A DNA stretch of 64,000 nucleotides from Anaeramoeba ignava BMAN (Eukaryota; Protista; Anaeramoebae), in NCBI GenBank assembly GCA_028826165.1, contig JAPDFW010000066.1:372001-436000 (forward strand), written 5' to 3'. Below the pieces are notes generated by a model that saw only the letters and a program-made list of their open reading frames with translations, did no database searches and was not told the DNA's origin. How positions within the stretch are numbered: position 1 is the first letter of the stretch; every line of letters begins with the position of its first letter. The position numbers and the translations under genes were made by a program. Below, piece after piece: positions 24,437 to 36,622 of the stretch.

Positions 24437-27400
24437 TCAATTGTCTTTAAACTTCTCTTTGTAAAATTGAAGAGATGAATTGGGATGAAGTTGGAAAAAA
24501 TCAAAAAAGAAATCAAAATCAAATAAATTCTCTTGTTTTGTAATCATTTCTTCATAATCTTGTTGAGTAATCCTGTCAGTATAAAGAAACTTAATAAAAA
24601 GACTCATATTTTGATAAGTCTGCTCAGAAAAATCTTTTGTTCGGTTGGATTTATCATCAACAGAAATAAACATTTGACGAAATAGTTGACTTCTTGCTTG
24701 AAGAATCAATTTGTGAACTTTCAGATTTTTTCCTTCAACTTCAATTTGAAAATCTTTTGTGTCATCTTGATAATATAACTTCTGTATATCAACAAAAATG
24801 TTCCTTTCGTTAGGATTCTCAATTCCAATCTGCTTCAATAATTGATACAATTGAAGCTCTTCTTGGGTTTTATAAATTGTTTGTGTTTCTGCTTCTTCTT
24901 GTTTTTTTGCTATTGTATCAGATGAGTTTAATCTTTTGAATCTCCCAAAATAAATCCATCTCAAAATCTTCATAATTTGATTTTCTGTTGCTTTCTCTAA
25001 AGTTTCTCGAACTTGCTCCGCTTTTTTTCCTGTTCGAAGTTCAATCATTAACCGATGAACAGGAAACTTTGATATTTGGAAATCAGTTAGTTCATGCTTT
25101 TCAAACAGATTTTGGAAATCCTCAAGAAAAGATAAAAACGATGAATGTAAAGTTTGGAAAAGTGGCTCACAAAGACTTAAAGGTGTCACTCCAACATCAT
25201 CCTTAATATTAAAATTTGCTCCTCTTTCCACTAATAACCTAAACATCGCAAGATTAAATTTTTTGTTCTTGCATAAAATGTGTAATGGTGTTTCCTAAAT
25301 TGTTTTTCAAAATTATTTACTCATTTCATAAATTATTTATCATCTCAAAAAAAATTTACTTTCTATTGTTTTATTAAATTTTATTGATCAATCAAAAAAA
25401 CATATCAATCTTTTGATTTTTTTACTCTCTAAATTTTCCTTTTTAATTTAATTTTTTTCATCTTTTTTCCTTTTTAGATAATCACTTTCTAAAAAAGGAG
25501 AACAAAATAAATATTTTTTTTTTTTCAATTTTAATAATTTTTAAATTCCTCTTTTACAATCTAAAAAAATAATAAAGTAAATAATTAATTTTTTTTTTTT
25601 TGGGATCATATCAAATTTACTTTCTATAATCCATTTTCAAGAGAAAATGATTTTATTGAATTTTCTTATCCTTTTCATTTTGATTCAAAAATTTACTCCC
25701 TTTTTTTTATTATTTTAATTTTTTCCAATTTTTTTTTCAATCCAATTAGATTTTACTTTCTAAAAATCAAAAACAAAAAAAAATAAAATATTAGAAAAAC
25801 AAAATTTATTTCTACATTTTCTAAAATATTTACTTTCTATTAGAATATCAAATTTTTTCCTCTTAAAATAAATTGATATCCCTTTCTTAAGAAAAATTTA
25901 CGTTCTAAATAATATTTTGGAATTTTTAAAACCAAAATTTTTGTTCTTCTTTTGTTCTTATTCTTTTACATTCTTTTTTATTGATAATAAGAAGAAAAGA
26001 AAAATATTTTCTCAGAATTCTTGATTAAAAAAAAATCCTTACAATCTATATTAGTGAAAAATCATTTTCATTAATTTTCAATAAATAACAATTTTTTTTT
26101 GGGTTTTTTTAAGAAGTCATTTACAATCGGGATAGTAAAATTTGCTCCATTTTCAATTAAAATTTTCAACATCTCCAGACTAATTTCTTTTCTTTCGCAA
26201 ATCACATGAAGTGGAGTACCCTATAAAAAACAAATCCAAATTTTTTTGGTTTCTTTTCTTTTAAATATTTTTTTTTCTTCAATCATTTTAGAAAAAAATT
26301 ACAGGCTAGAATTTAGGAAAAAAATTTAAAATTATTTTGAGAAAGTCAAATTTTCTTCATTTCTTCTCTCTTTTAAATAATTACTCGTTCCTAATTTTAG
26401 ATTTTTTTTTTTTGATTAAAACTGGTTTTCTTTTGATTTTTTTTTCTATTTACTCTCTAATAAATTCACATTGATTTTTTTTTAATCATTTGAAAATTGA
26501 AAAAAAGAATAAGAAATTAATCCTTTTCTTACGTTCTAGAAAATTCTTTTCAATTTAAAATGTGTCATTTCAAATTTCAAATTTCAAATTTACTTTCTAA
26601 GATTGGAAAAAATTTCCCAACAAAAAAAAAATATTCATTTTAGTTTTCATGTCTTTTTCTTCATTATAAAATTTAACATTACATTGCTGATATTAAAGTT
26701 TGCTCCATTTGAAACGAGAACTCTTAGCATTTGACTTGTCAAAATTCTGTTCCTACAAATAAAATGTAAAGGAGTGTTCTTTGAAAGAAAAAAATATTAA
26801 AATGAATAAAATAAAATCATTTGAAAATTAAAATTAAATTAAAATCAAAATTTACCTTCTATATTATTTATTTTATTTTATTTTATGAGAAACAAAATCA
26901 AAATTGAAAATATTGTTTTAATTTAAATTTAATTTACATCCTTAATTATATTGTTTTTCTATAAATTTTGATATCATTTCATTTTAAGATTAAATGATTT
27001 TACTCTCTTTTAAATTCCAAAAAAAAAAAATAATAATAATAATAATAATAAATTCTTGTTAAATGAGAAAATAAGTTTGTATTTCCCAAATTATACATTT
27101 TGAATGTTAAAGTTAGCACCATTTGTAATCAATATTCTAATAATATCTGAATTAATATCATCTGATTTGCATAAGAAATGTAAAGGGGTGTTCTTTGAAA
27201 GAAAAAAATATTAAAATGAATAAAATAAAATCATTTGAAAATTAAAATTAAATTAAAATCAAAATTTACCTCCTATATTTTTTATTTATGAGAAACAAAA
27301 TCAAAATTGAAAATATTGTTTTAATTTAAATTTAATTTACATCCTTAATTATATTGTTTTTCTATAAATTTTGATATCATTTCATTTTAAGATTAAATGA

Positions 27401-30400
27401 TTTTACTCTCTTTTAAATTCCAAAAAAAAAAATAATAATAAATTCTTCTTAAATGAGAAAATAAGTTTGTATTTCCCAAATTATACATTTTGAATGTTAA
27501 AGTTAGCACCATTTGTAATCAATATTCTAATAATATCTGGATTAATATCATCTGATTTGCATAAGAAATGTAAAGGAGTTTCCTTTGAAAGAAAAAAATA
27601 TTAAAATGAATAAAATAAAATCATTTGAAAATTAAAATTAAATTAAATTAAATTAAAATTGAAATTTACATTCTTTATTTTTTATTTATGAGAAACAAAA
27701 TCAAAATTGAAAATGTTGTTTTAATTTAAATTTAATTTACATTCTAAATTAAATTGTTTTTCTATAAATTTTGATATCATTTCATTTTAAGATTAAATGA
27801 TTTTACTCTCTTTTAAATTCCAAAAAAAAAAATAATAATAATAATAATAAATTCTTCTTAAATGAGAAAATAAGTTTTTAATTTCCAAATTACATTGACT
27901 AGATTCAAATCGAAACCTTTGGAAATCAAAATACGAATAAATTCTGTATTTAAATTTCGACTGCGATATAAGTAATGAAATGGTGTTTCCTGAAAAAATG
28001 GAATTATTGTAAATTTTTTTTTGGATTAAAATGAGAAAATCAATTGATTATGTTATTTTTCAATAGTACATTCTATTCAAGCAAAATTTCCCAAATTAAA
28101 AATGGGTGTGAAAATCTTTTCATTGTAAGAAATTAAAAAAAAAATGTTTAAAATTACGTCCTATTATTTTGATTCAGATTTAAATATTGAATGGAAGATA
28201 ATTTTCGAAAATCAAAAGATAATATCCAAAAATTTTTTACAGCCTGAACATAAAAAGAATATATATTTAAAAAGGGATTTCTTTTTTCTTTTTTTTTTTG
28301 ATTAAAATTTGATTTTACTGTTTCTAAATTGAAATCAACTCCTTTTTCCATAAGTAATCTCAGCATTTCTGTGTTAAATGATCTGTTTTGACATAAGAAA
28401 TGTAATGGAGTTTCCTATTATTAAATTAAAACATAAGCAAAACTATTTCTATAATAAAAATTAAAGATTAAAAATCACTTTCTAATTTTATTTCAAAAAT
28501 AAATATCCTTTTTCCTCTCTTTTTCTTTTTTTAAAATTTTTTACTTTCTGATTTACAAAAAAATCAAATTAAATCATTTTCTTTTTTTATGGAAATAAAA
28601 AAGAATTAAAAATATCTACTTTCTATAAATAAACAGATGAATATTTAGTTTGAAAAATGTTTTAGACATTAATCCATTTTCTTTTTGAAATCAAATATTT
28701 CTTACAGATTTTTTTTGAAAACTCACTCCTTTTTCCATAAGTAATCTCAACATTTCTGTGTTAAATGATCTGTTTTGACATAAGAAATGTAATGGAGTTT
28801 CCTATTATTAAATTAAAACATAAGCAAAACTATTTCTATAATAAAAATTAAAGATTAAGAATCACTCTCTAATTTTATTTCAAAAATAAATATCCTTTTT
28901 CCTCTCTTTTTCTTTTTTTAAAATTTTTTACTTTCTGATTTACAAAAAAATCAAATTAAATCATTTCCTTTTTTTATGGAAATAAAAAAGAATTAAAAAT
29001 ATTTACTTTCTATAAATAAACAGATGAATATTTAGTTTGAAAAATATTTTAAACATTAATCCATTTTCTTTTTGAAAAAAAAAGGAATAGAAAAGATTTA
29101 CAGTTCTTCTATTAAATTTGATTTCTTTTTCAATTAAGAATCTGAGAATATTCATATTCATGCATTCATTACGACATAAAAAATGAAAGGCTGATTCCTA
29201 TTTTGAAATTTTATTAATTATGATTTTCCATATTTTTTTTGTTTTTTTTCTTTTAAGAAATAATCTAGAAAATGTTTATATTATTTACTCTCTGAGAATA
29301 AAAAAAATTATTAAAAGGGAAAAAAAATCTTTTTTCTTTTTTAAAAACCTCCTATTGCAAATTTATAAAAGAAGAGAATTTGGATAATTCAAATAAATTT
29401 TCGATTCAAATCAAAGAAAAAAAAATTACTTTCTATTATCATAAAGAAAAAATATAAATTGATTTAATTACAATTTAATCTTAATTTTATTAGATAAACC
29501 GAAAATTCACATTTCTCAATCTCAAATTAGCTCCTTTTTCAATTAAAAAAAACAGAATATCTGAATTCATTGAATCGTTTTTGCATAACAAATGGAAAGG
29601 TGTTTCCTAATAATAATAAATAAAAAAGTAAATACATTAATCAAAATTTGTCAATTTTTTATCCTTTTTTTTATCGATTTGATTTTTGCAGTAGAAAAGT
29701 ATCATAATTACTTTCTAATTAAAGGAGAAAAAAAAAAGATTAGATGTTGATTTAAAAAGGTTTGAAAGTTAATTTGATCTAAATTTTTTATCTATAAAAC
29801 ATTTACTGACTATAAAAGATAATTAATTTTGTTTTATTTATACTTTTTGTTTCTTTTTTTCTTAGTGTGACAATATTTTTTTTTACTTCCTATTAATTCA
29901 TCAAAAATATAGATCCAATTCCAAAATAAGTATAAAAGAAGATCAATTTCATTAATTAGTTTAATTTCTCGAACAATTAAAATCCATTTACTGATTGCAT
30001 ATTGAAATCAGCACCGTTTTCAATCAAAAATCTGATCATATCAATATTTATTGATGAATTTTTGCATAGAAAATGGATTGGAGTTTGCTAAATAAAAAAA
30101 AAATTAAATCAAACTTTTCTCAAAAAAAAAAAAGAAGAACTTATTCAATGATTAGAGTTACTTTCTGGAAAATTAAAAGGAATTGAAATTGTGAATTTGT
30201 TATATTTTTTTTTTTAAAAAGATGATCATTTTGAATACATCCTAAAAAGAAAAAAAATGGAAAGATTATAAGATTTCTTGAAGAAATTTCTTTCATTCTT
30301 TTTTTACTTTCTAAAAAAAAGAAAATGAAAAAAAAAGGGATTTTCTGTGAGTTTCTTTTAGATTGATAAAATTTTTCGCTTACGTTTTTCATCTTGAAAT

Positions 30401-33400
30401 CGACCTGTTTTTCTTTTAATAATCTAAGCATGTCAATTCTTATCGCGGAGTTTCTGCATAAAAAATGGAGAGGTGTATCCTATTAGCCAAAAAATATAGA
30501 AAGTGGAAAAGTTTAACTTTTATCAAAAAAGAGAAAAAAATTCTTTTTCATTTTTTTCATTTACAATCTTTTTGAGAAAAAAAATATCATGAATTATAAT
30601 TAATTAGAAACGATAAAAATAATTTTAAAATAATTTTACTTGCTAAATAATATCATTTTCTCTTATAATTAGAAAACAAATCATTTTTGTTTTTTCAATT
30701 AATTCAAAATACATCCTATTTCAGAAATTTTCCATCAAAAGTTGAAGAAAATCAATTTTTGTTTTAATTTCAAGTAAGTTTAAAATTATTTACATCATCC
30801 TATTTTTTAAAATTTTCAAAACAAAAAAAAGATAAAAGATTAAAAAAAAAAAAACTCTTTTTCATTGTTAAATTAGTTCATCATTTTTTTACATCATCCT
30901 TTTTATTTTAAAGTTAATCAATCAATCAATCAATGAAGTTTGAAATTAATAAAATTTTTTTTTTTTGGAAATTGAATATCTAAATAAGTAAAATTGTTTT
31001 AGATTAAATAAAAAATAATTTACAGACTTTATATTTTATAAACATAAAAATTATTTATTTATTTATTTATACTAAATCTTAAATTATTTACATCATCCTA
31101 ATTTTTAAAATTAATTCAAAAAAACAAAAAATCTATTTTTTTTGATTTGGGATTAAAATTACAGACTTAATTTATTTAAAGTAAATTTTAATAAATTTTT
31201 TAAATTTTAAGAATAAAATTTATTCCAATTTTTTTACATCATCATCCTTTTTGTTTTGAAATCAATCAACCAATGAAGTTTGAAATTAATAAAATTTTTT
31301 TTTTTGGAAATTGAATATCTAAATAAGTAAAATTGTTTTAGATTAAATAAAAAATAATTTACAGACTTTATATTTTATAAACATAAAAATTATTTATTTA
31401 TTTAATTATACTAAATCTTAAATTATTTACATCATCCTAATTTTTAAAATTAATTCAAAAAAACAAAAAATCTATTTTTTTTGATTTGAGATTAAAATTA
31501 CAGACTTAATTTATTTAAAGTAAATTTTAATAAATTTTTTAAATTTTAAGAATAAAATTTATTCCAATTTTTTTACATCATCATCCTTTTTATTTTAAAG
31601 TTAATCAATTAATCAATGAAGTTTGAAATTAATAAAATTTTTTTTTTTTTGGAAATTGAATATCTAAATAAGTAAAATTGTTTTAGATTAAATAAAAAAT
31701 AATTTACAGACTTTATATTTTATAAACATAAAAATTATTTATTTATTTAATTATACTAAATCTTAAATTATTTACATCATCCTAATTTTTAAAATTAATT
31801 CAAAAAAACAAAAAATCTATTTTTTTTGATTTAGGATTAAAATTACAGACTTAATTTATTTAAAGTAAATTTTAATAAATTTTTTAAATTTTAAGAATAA
31901 AATTTATTCCAATTTTTTTACATCATCATCCTTTTTATTTTAAATTTTTGTTTTGAAATTGAAAAATTAAAGTTATTATTTGCCCATTTTTGTTTGAAAA
32001 TTATTGATTCAATAAATAAAAGGAAATGCTTACATCCGTTTTCTATTTTGTTTGTTTTATAAAAATATTTCAAAGTAAAAAATAGGAATTATTTTTGGAT
32101 ATTTTGATTTTAATTTGAGATTTTATGAAAGTTGTCTTGGTTTTGTTTTACTTTCTTTTTTTTTGTATTTGAAAAAAAAATTGAAAAAATGATTAGAAAA
32201 AATGAATAAGGAAACAATATTTATTCCTTTCTTTTTCTAATTAATATTTACTTTCTATAAGCACGAAGTTGGGGGAAAATTAAATTAAATTAAAAATTAA
32301 ATTAAAATGTTATTTTCAAATTGGTCATTACAATTTTCATATTGAAATTATATCCTTTTTCAATTAATAATCTGATTGTTTCTGTATTTATTGATTTGTT
32401 GTCACATAGCATATGAAATGATGTTAGCTAAAAATATCAATTTAAAAAGAAAAATTAAATTGATATTTTTTCTTCTGAAAACAAAAAATTTTTACTCCCT
32501 AAAACAAAATTTATAATTAATAATTGATAACTTATAATAACCTTAATTGGAAAGAAATTACTCGCTAAATTTCAAAAGAAATATTCATTGAGTATTCCAA
32601 TTCATTGAATAATTTGATTTACTTCCTTTTGATTTGGAAAGATGAAATGAAAAAAAAGGAATTGAACAAAGAAATAAATAAGAAAGGGATTAATTCAAGA
32701 AGATTTTTTTTTTCCTTTTTTTACAGTCTAAAGGAAGTTTGCAAGAAAAAATAAGTGAAAAGGAAATTTAGATGAAAATAAATCATTACAGTTTTCAAGC
32801 TCAAATTATATCCTTTTTCAATTAAGAATCTGATTGTTTCTGTATTTGTTGATCTGTTGTCACATAGCATATGTAATGGTGTTAGCTAAAATTATCAATT
32901 TAAAAAGAAAAATTAAATTGATATTTTTTCTTCTGAAAACAAAAAATTTTTACTCCCTAAAACAAAATTTATAATTAATAATTGATAACTTATAATAACC
33001 TTAATTGGAAAAAAATTACTCGCTAAATTTCAAAAGAAATATTCATTGAGTTATTCAAGAAAAAAAACACTTCTTTTGAGCAAACAATCGAAAAGAAATT
33101 TATTTACATTCTTAAAAAAGAAAAAATCATCAAATAAATAGAAATTTTCAACAAAAAAAGGAAAAAAATACAAATTGTAAATTTAAATCTCCTCCATTTT
33201 CAAGTAACCAATCGAGAATATCTAGTGTTATTTTTTCACTTTTGCATAATAAATGAATGAAAGCTTTCTAAAATGGGAAATAAATCAGAAAATCAAATTA
33301 TTTTTTCTCAAAATCCAAAAAAAAAATAAATAAATTCTTTGAATAATTTACATCCTAAAAAAAAGGAATAAAAACTTTAATTCCATTTTTTCCTAATTTC

Positions 33401-33955
33401 AATAATTCAATTAATTTTTAAACAAATTTACTCCCTGTTTTGATTAAAGATTAAAACAAAATTCACACATTTTTTTTCTATTGGAATAATATTTCTTTTA
33501 GACTTTACTGCCTATTTTTAAAAATTCAAATGCAAAAAAAATGAGAAAAAAGAAATCAGACAAATTTTTTTTTTCCGATTTTTATTTTTTTATATTTTAC
33601 TGTTTTTGCATTTAACTTTTCTCCTTGTTCAATTGCATATTGAATTAATTCAAAATCAAGAGGTTTAAGATCTGCAATAAATTTCAAAAAAGAACTCTAT
33701 TTTTTTTAGTTTTTTTTATAAGTAAAGTTTTTAAATTAAATTAAATCCAAAAAACATAATTATTAAAAGAGATTAAAAGAATTTTTTTTTACTCCATATT
33801 TTTTCTTCAGCATAAGAAATCTCTCATCAAGTTCAACATTTTTTAATTCCTTAAATTCCTCTAAAAAAAAAAAACGGAAAAAAAAATTAAAATAAATTAA
33901 AGAAAGGAAAATATAATTTTTCTTTCAAATGATTACTTGATTCTTTGTTCCCCAT
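24437..33955 (-). CDS. N-myristoylated ankyrin-repeat + tandem BTB-like protein (~881 aa), 91 exons including 73 microexons
   Basis: Exon 1 is 33955-33937 (MGNKES+A) and exon 2 is 33860-33793. Fifteen exact 96-nt phase-0 ankyrin exons follow: 33696-33601, 33267-33172, 32885-32790, 32427-32332, 30479-30384, 30087-29992, 29606-29511, 29197-29102, 28801-28706, 28414-28319, 27989-27894, 27582-27487, 27192-27097, 26778-26683, 26220-26125 (e.g. ETPLHFLCQNRSFNTEMLRLLMEKGVDFNLET). The last exon is 25294-24437 (ETPLH...NIKDDVGVTPL...VHKLILQARSQLFRQMF). AG|NNN|GT microexons fill all 15 gaps. Confidence 0.85.
25360..26045 (-). other. Array of 11 single-codon microexons encoding INNKKGKIKRK
   Basis: Low coordinates: I26043, N25970, N25902, K25834, K25757, G25697, K25621, I25558, K25486, R25426, K25360. 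Confidence 0.75.
30565..32254 (-). other. Array of 20 microexons (3-9 nt) encoding KKKTDDDDSDDSDDDSDDSDDDSDDSDDDDDQI
   Basis: Low coordinates: K32252, K32152, KTD32034, DDD31922, S31847, DD31776, S31708, DDD31577, S31502, DD31431, S31363, DDD31238, S31163, DD31092, S31024, DD30893, DD30794, D30713, Q30640, I30565. Each is bounded by AG and GT on the minus strand. Confidence 0.75.
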
Positions 33956-34049
33956 TTTAAAAAAAAAAGTTTTTTATTAAAAAAGAAATGAAAAAAATGA
34001 AAAATGAAAAAGGAAAAAAAATTCAAAAAAAAGCAAATCCACTTTTTTA

Positions 34050-34705
34050 TTAAATTTTAAATCAATTTTAAATCAATTTTAAATCAATTTTAAATCAATT
34101 TTAAATCAATTTTAAATTAATTTTATATTAATTTTAAATCAATTTTATATCAATTTTAAATCAATTTTAAATTAATTTTAATCCACTTTTTTATTTAATT
34201 TTAAATCAATTTTAAATTTTAATCCACTTTTTTATTAAGTTTTAAATCAATTTTTTATTAAGTTTTATATCAATTTTAAATCAAAATTAAATTTTAATAC
34301 TTTTTTATTTAATTTTAAATCAATTTTAAATCAATTTTAAATCAATTTTAAATAAATTTTAATCCACTTTTTTATTAAGTTTTAAATTAATTTTAAATTA
34401 ATTTTAAATTAATTTTAAATCAAAATTAAATTTTAATCCACTTTTTTATTTAATTTTAAATCAATTTTAAATCAATTTTATATTAATTTTAAATCAATTT
34501 TAAATCAATTTTAAATCAATTTTAAATCAATTTTAAATCAATTTTAAATTAATTTTATTAAGTTTTATATCAATTTTATATTAATTTTAAATCAATTTTA
34601 TATCAATTTTATATCAATTTTATATCAATTTTAAATCAATTTTAATCCACTTTTTTATTTAATTTTAAATCAAAATTAAATTTTAATCCACTTTTTTATT
34701 AAGTT
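34050..34705. repeat. 11-bp (attttaaatca)n satellite with interspersed aatccacttttttatt units
   Basis: Same unit and orientation as 23650-24140. Confidence 0.9.
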
Positions 34706-34881
34706 TTAAAAAAAAGGAAAATTAAGAAAATAATTTTTTTTTCTCCTTTTTATTTATTTTTTAATCTTTAATTAAGTCAAAAAAAACATCAAAACAACAA
34801 AAAATTTGTTTTTATTTTTTTTTAATTATTATTTTTTTATTTTTCATTTTTTTCTTCTTTTTAAAAAAAAAATTCTTAATA

Positions 34882-36445
34882 ATGAAAACATTTTGTTTAC
34901 TTTTTTTAATTGCTCTTATTTTTTACACAAATGTAATTCACACAGAACAAACTGAACCTGAAATTGCAATGAAAGCATTTGTGACAATGAAAGGAATCGA
35001 AAAAATACAAAGTATTATCAATCCAATTCTCATTCAAGAAATTCAAAACGTGCAAATCCCACCTGTCACTGTCAAAAAGGATGGTTTGACATTAGAACTC
35101 TACAATATGGTTATCACAAAGCTCCAATTTGACCAAGAAACCGTGACATTGACAGCACCTGATGAAATTACGATTGCAATTAAGCAACTGTCAACACATT
35201 GTGACATGGATTGGCATTACACATTTGGATTACTTAAGGACTCTGGAACTGCAGATGAAGAAGTGACAGAGGTTGACATTACCATGACTTTGAAATATTT
35301 TGCAAACAACAGTCACATTGCATTAGTTGCAGAATCAGCACAATGCTCAATAGGAAAGCTCGATATCACTCTTCATGGCGGTGCAAGTTGGCTTTATAAT
35401 ATCATTATCGATATTTTGAAAGGACCTATTAAGGATTTAATTGCCAGTTCCTTGAGTTCTGAATTTGTTACTGAGATTAATACTTTAGCTCCTTCTCTTT
35501 TAGATTCAATTCCAATCAAGATTGATATTGACCAGTACACTTCTCTTCATTTTGAAATGCTTGGACAAGAATTAACATCAGAATATATTGGTATATAACT
35601 ATATATATAAATATATATTTTTTTGTGTAAAAAAGAAAAAAAAAATTCACCTTTTGATCAAAAATGGATCAAAATTGATCCAAAAAAAAAAATTTTTCCT
35701 TTTTAAAGCTGCTTTTAATAATGCGGAATTTTACGATATTGCAAACCCAGTCGAATGCCCATTACCACATCATGATTTGCCCAGCACACCAAAAAGCGAA
35801 GATTATATGGCAGAAGTCTATCTTGATGAATTTGCAATCAACTCAGCATTCTATGCATATAACGAAGAGGGACGAATTGATATTATCATTACTAATGGAG
35901 AAATACCTCCATATATTCCATTCCAATTAAACACATCTGAATTTAAAGATTACATCCCAAATCTTTACGAAAAATACCCTGATCTTCTTATGACTATTGA
36001 AATTACACCCAACGTTCTTCCATCAATTTCTATCACTGAAGCCAACGAAATTGATGCGACATTGATTCTTAATTTGAATTTCTCTGTTGTCGAAAGTGAC
36101 AACACAACCATTCCTGTTTTCACTTTTGTTTGTGACATTGATGCTGACGTTGATGCTTATATGGATGGAGAAACAATCTGCGGGAATTTGACATTGAACA
36201 CTTTCACATTAGTTGATACTTGGACTTCTATTGGACCAATTGATATGAATTTGTTTATGCCTACACTTGATATGATGGTTAATGCTTTTGTTGTTCCATT
36301 TTTGAATGGATATCTCAAAACTGGTTTCCCAATTCCAACTATTGATGGAGTTTCTTTTGAAAATTCTGAAGTTTCTTATGGAGATGGATATATTTTAATT
36401 TCAACTGATGTTGATTATACACCTCCAGAATATAATTTCTATTAA
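34882..36445 (+). CDS. LBP/BPI (TULIP) family secreted lipid-binding protein; intron 35591-35708
   Basis: Signal peptide MKTFCLLFLIALIF. BPI1-like CSIGKLDITLHGGASWLYN and BPI2-like PFQLNT..F..YIPNLYEKYP, LN..LKTGFPIP. A phase-1 GT..AG intron joins ORFs 34882 and 35588. Confidence 0.85.
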
Positions 36446-36622
36446 GGAAATCAAATAGCAAATCAAATCCAAAAATCCAAAAAAAATTCTCCTTTTTTTT
36501 TTCTTTTTTTTTTTCTTTTTTTTTCGTTAAAAACTTTTAATTCAAAAAAATAAAAAGCAAAAAATTTTCTCTTTTCATTTTTTTCTCATTTTTTAATTTT
36601 TAATTTTTTTAATTTTTTCCAA

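Noticed and set aside
25816-29479. Extra AG..GT candidates of 5 nt (25816-25820) and 8 nt (29472-29479), plus a 2-nt one at 2443-2444
   Set aside because: They break the frame and would need flanking introns of only ~13-31 nt, below the ~57-nt minimum seen here.
28154-30431. Short ORFs 28154..28366 and 30141..30431 as independent genes
   Set aside because: They are halves of 96-nt ankyrin exons reading through into introns.
30800-31950. CRISPR-like repeat-spacer array
   Set aside because: The context is eukaryotic, and the spacers are themselves duplicated. The recurring short motifs are splice sites around microexons.
25295-33600. AG..GT units as recursive-splicing (zero-length exon) sites
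   Set aside because: AG and GT are always separated by 3, 6 or 9 nt, and these spell the residues missing from the ankyrin consensus.
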